A DNA stretch of 36,959 nucleotides from Octopus bimaculoides. Its lineage: Eukaryota. Shown here one piece after another: positions 32,791 through 36,959 of this stretch. Where the stretch lies: positions 41,819,748 through 41,856,706 of the forward strand of contig NC_068987.1 of the NCBI RefSeq assembly GCF_001194135.2. The letters are read 5' to 3'. Numbering within the stretch: position 1 is the first letter of the stretch; every line of letters begins with the position of its first letter. The translations under genes were made by a program, and so were the position numbers. Below the pieces are notes generated by a model, which saw nothing but the letters and a program-made list of their open reading frames with translations, had not been told where the DNA came from and made no database searches.

Positions 32791-33237
32791 GTTGTATGTG
32801 GCTTTATTCCACATCAAAGTCAGCTGCTGCAGCTTTCCAGCAGAATCAGTGAGCTATTTCCTACAAAAGATAGGTCTGAAACACTGTCAACTGAAGAAAG
32901 CCATAAAGGAAATAGGTATGATAGCTGAAACAAGCTAAGAGACTACAAGTGGAACCCTTCTACATGCAAAGACTAGTTTAGTCTTCATTGTCCTACTCAG
33001 GTGAAGTGTACAGGCTAAGGGGCAAAATGCTTGTGACCCTGAGATACCTGCAGATGATAAAGAAAGGTTTCCAGAATTTTTATGCATTTAAAAGAGCTTG
33101 CAAAATTTCTGGATAGTTCCAGCAGTTTCTACATGGAACAAAGCATCCCTGATCTTTATTTCACCCATATGTTATGCATGTATGTATGTATGTATGTATG
33201 TATGTATACATATAGATATATATATATATATAATCAA

Positions 33238-33460
33238 TTAACGTCTGTTTTCCATTCTGGCATGGGTTGAATGGTTCAACAGGAGCTGGTAAGTTCAGGA
33301 TCCAGGTTCCATTGTCTGTTTTGACATGAATGGTTTCTACAACTGGATGCCCTTCCTAACACCAACCACTTTACAGTATACTAGATACTTTTTACATGGT
33401 ACCAGCACTGACAGGGTGACCAAGTGCCTTGCAAGTCAAAAACTTCCCAACTGGGAAGGT
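33238..33460 (-). mobile_element. RTE-type 3' tail fragment
   Basis: Reverse complement of gtggttggtgttaggaagggcatccagttgtagaaacc...acccatgccagaatggaaaacagacgtt, homologous to 16570-16700. Confidence 0.75.
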
Positions 33461-33914
33461 GGGGAGTAGTATTGATGGGGGTGTGACTTTGTGCCAGTTG
33501 AGAAATGAAAGGTATAGAGTGACACAGATAGGTGTCTTGTAGGGTAAATACATGGATACCCTAGTTAGAAAAGAATGGAAAGTGAGAGTAAGATAAAGAG
33601 AGCGATAGTGGGAGAGATGATGACAAAAATATGTCAGGACATACCCCTGAGTGACATTGAATGTAGGGGAATAGGTGAGGTGATTCAGTGATTTGGATTG
33701 GGTGAATGGGCAGGATTGATCATTATTATTGTCATCATTATTATCATTATTACTAGTAGTGGATGGCACAAGCAAATGCATTTTGTCTGATGCTCCCACA
33801 TTTTTAACATCCACAGCCCTTAATAATGACAAAAGTAAAACAATAATAATAATATTTTGGTAATTTATTTTATCGATTCCAAAAGGATGAAAGGCAAAGT
33901 CAACTTCAGCACTA

Positions 33915-34600
33915 TATTAGCTCTAAATCTAAAAATCACTAACCACTAGCCTATGTTGGATTGTAGATTCCTCACCAAGAAGGATTTTGTATTCACAAGC
34001 AATTGGCTATCCCATTTTCTGGTGAAAATGTAGTCAATATGGCTTGTATAGGTGGCTGGCTGGCTGGTTTCTTGAAGTTTGTATTGCAGATCATCAGAGA
34101 CTTATTACCTCCTCACTTCTAGGACCAAAGCCATGACCTCCATGTACAGCTTTGAATCCATTGGGCTGCTGCCCAGCATGTCCACTGAAATCACCAATCA
34201 TGAAAGTAAGGTTACTGTCATTTATCATTGAGTTAATCTTCAAAAATGTTGTATAAAATCAGTCCCTTTGCTCATCTGCCAGTCCTGATTGAGGGGCATA
34301 TGCAGAGATAAATGTTGTTGTTATGTTTTCCAAGACTATTCTAAATTTAATTGTCCTATCACACACTCAACCACTTTATCTAGCCATTTATCTGCTATAA
34401 GCATGCTCACACCTTGTACACAATTCCATTGCCTACCCAGAAGAATTTATATCATTGTTCCTTGCCCATGAGCTATCCAACTGAGGCTCTCCTCCACCTT
34501 ACCTCTTGCACACAGCACACATTTACATGTCTATATTCTTTAATTTCAACAATCTCTCCTGGCCTAACTTTCATTATCCTTACATCGATTGTAGCTATTC
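33915..34600 (-). pseudogene. RTE LINE apurinic endonuclease domain, degenerate
   Basis: Minus strand: RIATIDV, HVNVCCVQEVRWR, YKFFWVGN, FISAYAPQSGL, FMIGDFSGHAG..HGGHGFG, ICNTNFKK, HIDYI and QHRLVVSDF. The purine-rich 34600-35380 stretch may be its 5' region. Confidence 0.88.
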
Positions 34601-35453
34601 TAAGTATTTGTATATATGTTGAGAAGTGAAATTACTGTAGAAGGAACAAGGACTGGTTTGAGGTAGTAGAGAAAATACATGGCTATCTCACATTATATAA
34701 AGATAGGAGGGAGTAATTGGGATGAAGCTGGAATGAGAGATAAAGATGGTGGAATTAGAAGATAAGAAAGGATTGGTAGGTATAGTTTGCAAAAGTTGAA
34801 GGATGTGAGAAACAGTTAATGATAGGTGTAGGGGGTGAAGGTAGAGAATGGTAAACAATATGGAGGTGGTCAATAGAGGGAATGAATGTCAATAGAAGTG
34901 GCTTAGGGAAGGAGAAGCAATGAATGGCAGTGCTGAAAGAGTAAGGAGAAGTCTAATGACTGAAGCAAGTAAAAGATAAAAAGTAAAAGATAAAAAGTAA
35001 AAGATAGGAAGGGGGATGAGAGATAGAGAGATGAGGATGGAGTTAGATGGGAAGGGTTTGCAAGTGGAGTGGGTGGTAGATGTATAGGGATAAGGAGGTA
35101 GGTAGTCAGATGTTGACAGAGGTGAGAGTAGTGAGTGGCAAACAAAGTGAGGTGCTTGTCTGTAGATATGAGATGGAGTTATGGATGATGTATAGGTGTC
35201 AATAGGAAGTGACTCAAGGGAGAGGGAATGATGAGTAGCAGCACAGAAAGGATGGTCAGCCGAAAATATAAATGCATGGAGTGGTTGGTGTCAAGAGTGA
35301 GGAATGGATGTCAAAAACAAGTGGTTCTGTGGGAAGAGAGAGATAACTGCTACTACCAAAGGGTATGTAGCTCTGCTCTCATTTGCAATTAATTAAGTAA
35401 ATTAGTTTTATTGTTTCAATAATTGCCATTGTAAGTACTTAATGGTGCAAAAA

Positions 35454-35890
35454 GCAGGAGTGGCTGTGTGGTAAGTAGCTTGCTTACCAACCACATGGTT
35501 CCGGGTTCAGTCCCACTGCATGGCACCTTGGGCAAGTGTCTTCTACTATAGCCTCGGGCCGACCAAAGCCTTGTGAGTGGATTTGGTAGACAGAAACTGA
35601 AAGAAGCCCATCGTATATATGTATATATATATATGTGTGTGTTTGTGTGTCTGTGTTTGTGTGTCTGTGTTTGTGTGTCTGTGTTTGTCCTCCTAGCATT
35701 GCTTGACAACCGATGTTGGTGTGTTTATGTCCCCGTCACTTAGAGGTTCGGCAAAAAGAGACCAATAGAATAAGTACTAGGCTTACAAAGAATAAGTCCC
35801 GGGGTCGATTTGCTCGACTAAAGGCGGTGCTCCAGCATGGCCGCAGTCAAATGACTGAAACAAGTAAGAGAATAAAAGAGAGAGTAAAAG
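35454..35890 (+). mobile_element. Full-length tRNA-derived SINE with an internal microsatellite
   Basis: A box TGGCTGTGTGG (35461-35471), B box GGTTCAGTCCC (35504-35514), body, (TA)(TG)(TGTC) microsatellite at about 35613-35687, conserved 3' part and an A/G-rich tail. Four further partial copies occur in the window. Confidence 0.92.
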
Positions 35891-36959
35891 AGATGACACA
35901 AGTAAATGGAGAATGAATTGAGGAAACCTGGGATCACAAGGTGAAGAATATAACCTAGGACCCTTGAGAACAGCTGGTTTAATCAGGTGTTTAGAAAAAT
36001 TCTTTGAACAAATTCTAAATTCCAAAAATAAATTTTGAGAATTTCATGTTTTTATTCTTTCTTAAGAAAATATTTTCTCATAAAAGGGATTACTAAGGGT
36101 GCAGTAACCCTCCTCAACATTTGACAGAATGACAAAATGTTTTAACAACAAATGGGTGGTGTGCAACTGTCTGAATCATAATAACTGCATGAAAACATCA
36201 TTACCATCTGCCTAATTCCACTAATGCTGCATCAGTGATTGTATAAAATATGGGAGGTTTTACATGCACTATGTATTAACATCTGTAATTTTCAATAAAT
36301 TCAAATGATTTTCTGTCAGATACATAAAGGGAAATAATTAGGTCATACAAGTGCTTGTGCAACAGAAAAAATTTAAAAGTTACTTCAGATTAATTCATTT
36401 AATTTAATGTATATATTCATGCTATTAGTCATTAAAACTATCTTTTCAATTCAAAGATGGGAATATTATTTATTGTTAAAAGAAAAAATACTTCAAGAAC
36501 AACCTATTAGTGGCAGTATATAATTAATAGTCTCTTCAGTAACATATGACAAATTAAGTTGTGGTGGTGAATCAGTTAGTGATTGTAATATCAAATATCT
36601 ATCAAATAAAGAAAGAGTAAGTCATCCATCCAGCTTCAAGAATAATATCAAACAGTGAAATGAGGTGACATGCTTCAAATACTGAGCACAATGTAAGTCT
36701 AGATAGATGTAAATAGAAAGGTAAATGGATGAACTCTATACAGTCTAAACCGAATAAATAAATGGTTTATTGAATTTTAGGGTTTCTCTCTTATTTAAGA
36801 AACCAAATAGTTTATTTATTTTAGACATGTATACCTGGATTGCAAACAGCCATCATCAGATTGAGTAGAAATGAATTAATTCAAAGACAAAATAACAGAG
36901 CAATTGACAGAAATGTAGGATGAAATAAGGGTTTTGTGTGTGTGTGTGTGTGTGTGTGT

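Larger units (their letters stand above)
29480..33060 (+). mobile_element. Near full-length RLE-type non-LTR retrotransposon (HERO/NeSL-like), heavily disabled
   Basis: Motifs in order: an N-terminal C-x-G..GL-like segment, KKPWLNLPPA..W.QLDKDL, STPG..FRIFKNCP.LLRR, AEGCLVPKEENS, GCLE.TSVI..IKEAKR, LDLAKAYPCVPH, QGLEKSIMAGCTIS, AFINNITV (decayed FMDD, about 31098-31121), C-x2-C..TLNHIL..C, SDWEMQVDL..TTLQPDV..KLTVSWEDR (RLE PD motif), and a 3' UTR ..gacc..gatac..cagatga. Confidence 0.88.

Noticed and set aside
35454-35530. tRNA gene
   Set aside because: It has A and B boxes but no cloverleaf or acceptor stem, and it continues into a SINE body repeated elsewhere in the window.

Overview
Eukaryotic, AT-rich (TA/CA/GA microsatellite-laden), gapped draft-assembly window with no convincing host protein-coding exon. 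The tRNA-derived SINE families and RTE tails match ones I associate with octopus genomes, so an octopod cephalopod origin is inferred but not proven. The window is a dense, nested transposon graveyard. It holds three mariner remnants, a near full-length IR/DR Tc1, a pogo/Tigger deletion derivative, a hAT fragment and several RTE LINE pieces (one family carries a PHD-type C4HC3 insert in its ORF). It also holds a Gypsy LTR element nested in an RTE, a near full-length HERO/NeSL-like RLE non-LTR retrotransposon, a Helitron deletion derivative, three Penelope-like (PLE) remnants, several SINEs and several foldback/MITE elements. The most notable signals are a nearly intact minimal type-I hammerhead ribozyme (9904-9948) and a second, degenerate hammerhead family in inverted PLE terminal repeats (about 24190-24230 and 25565-25610). 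A roughly 1.2 kb foldback element whose arms end in inward, inverted telomere-like (CCCTAA)2CCCTAAAA arrays (25716-26950) is also notable. All family assignments come from motif recognition by eye; no database searches were run. Six N-gaps limit interpretation: 10238-10843, 14231-14852, 15440-15539, 26112-26412, 27693-27702 and 28878-29088.
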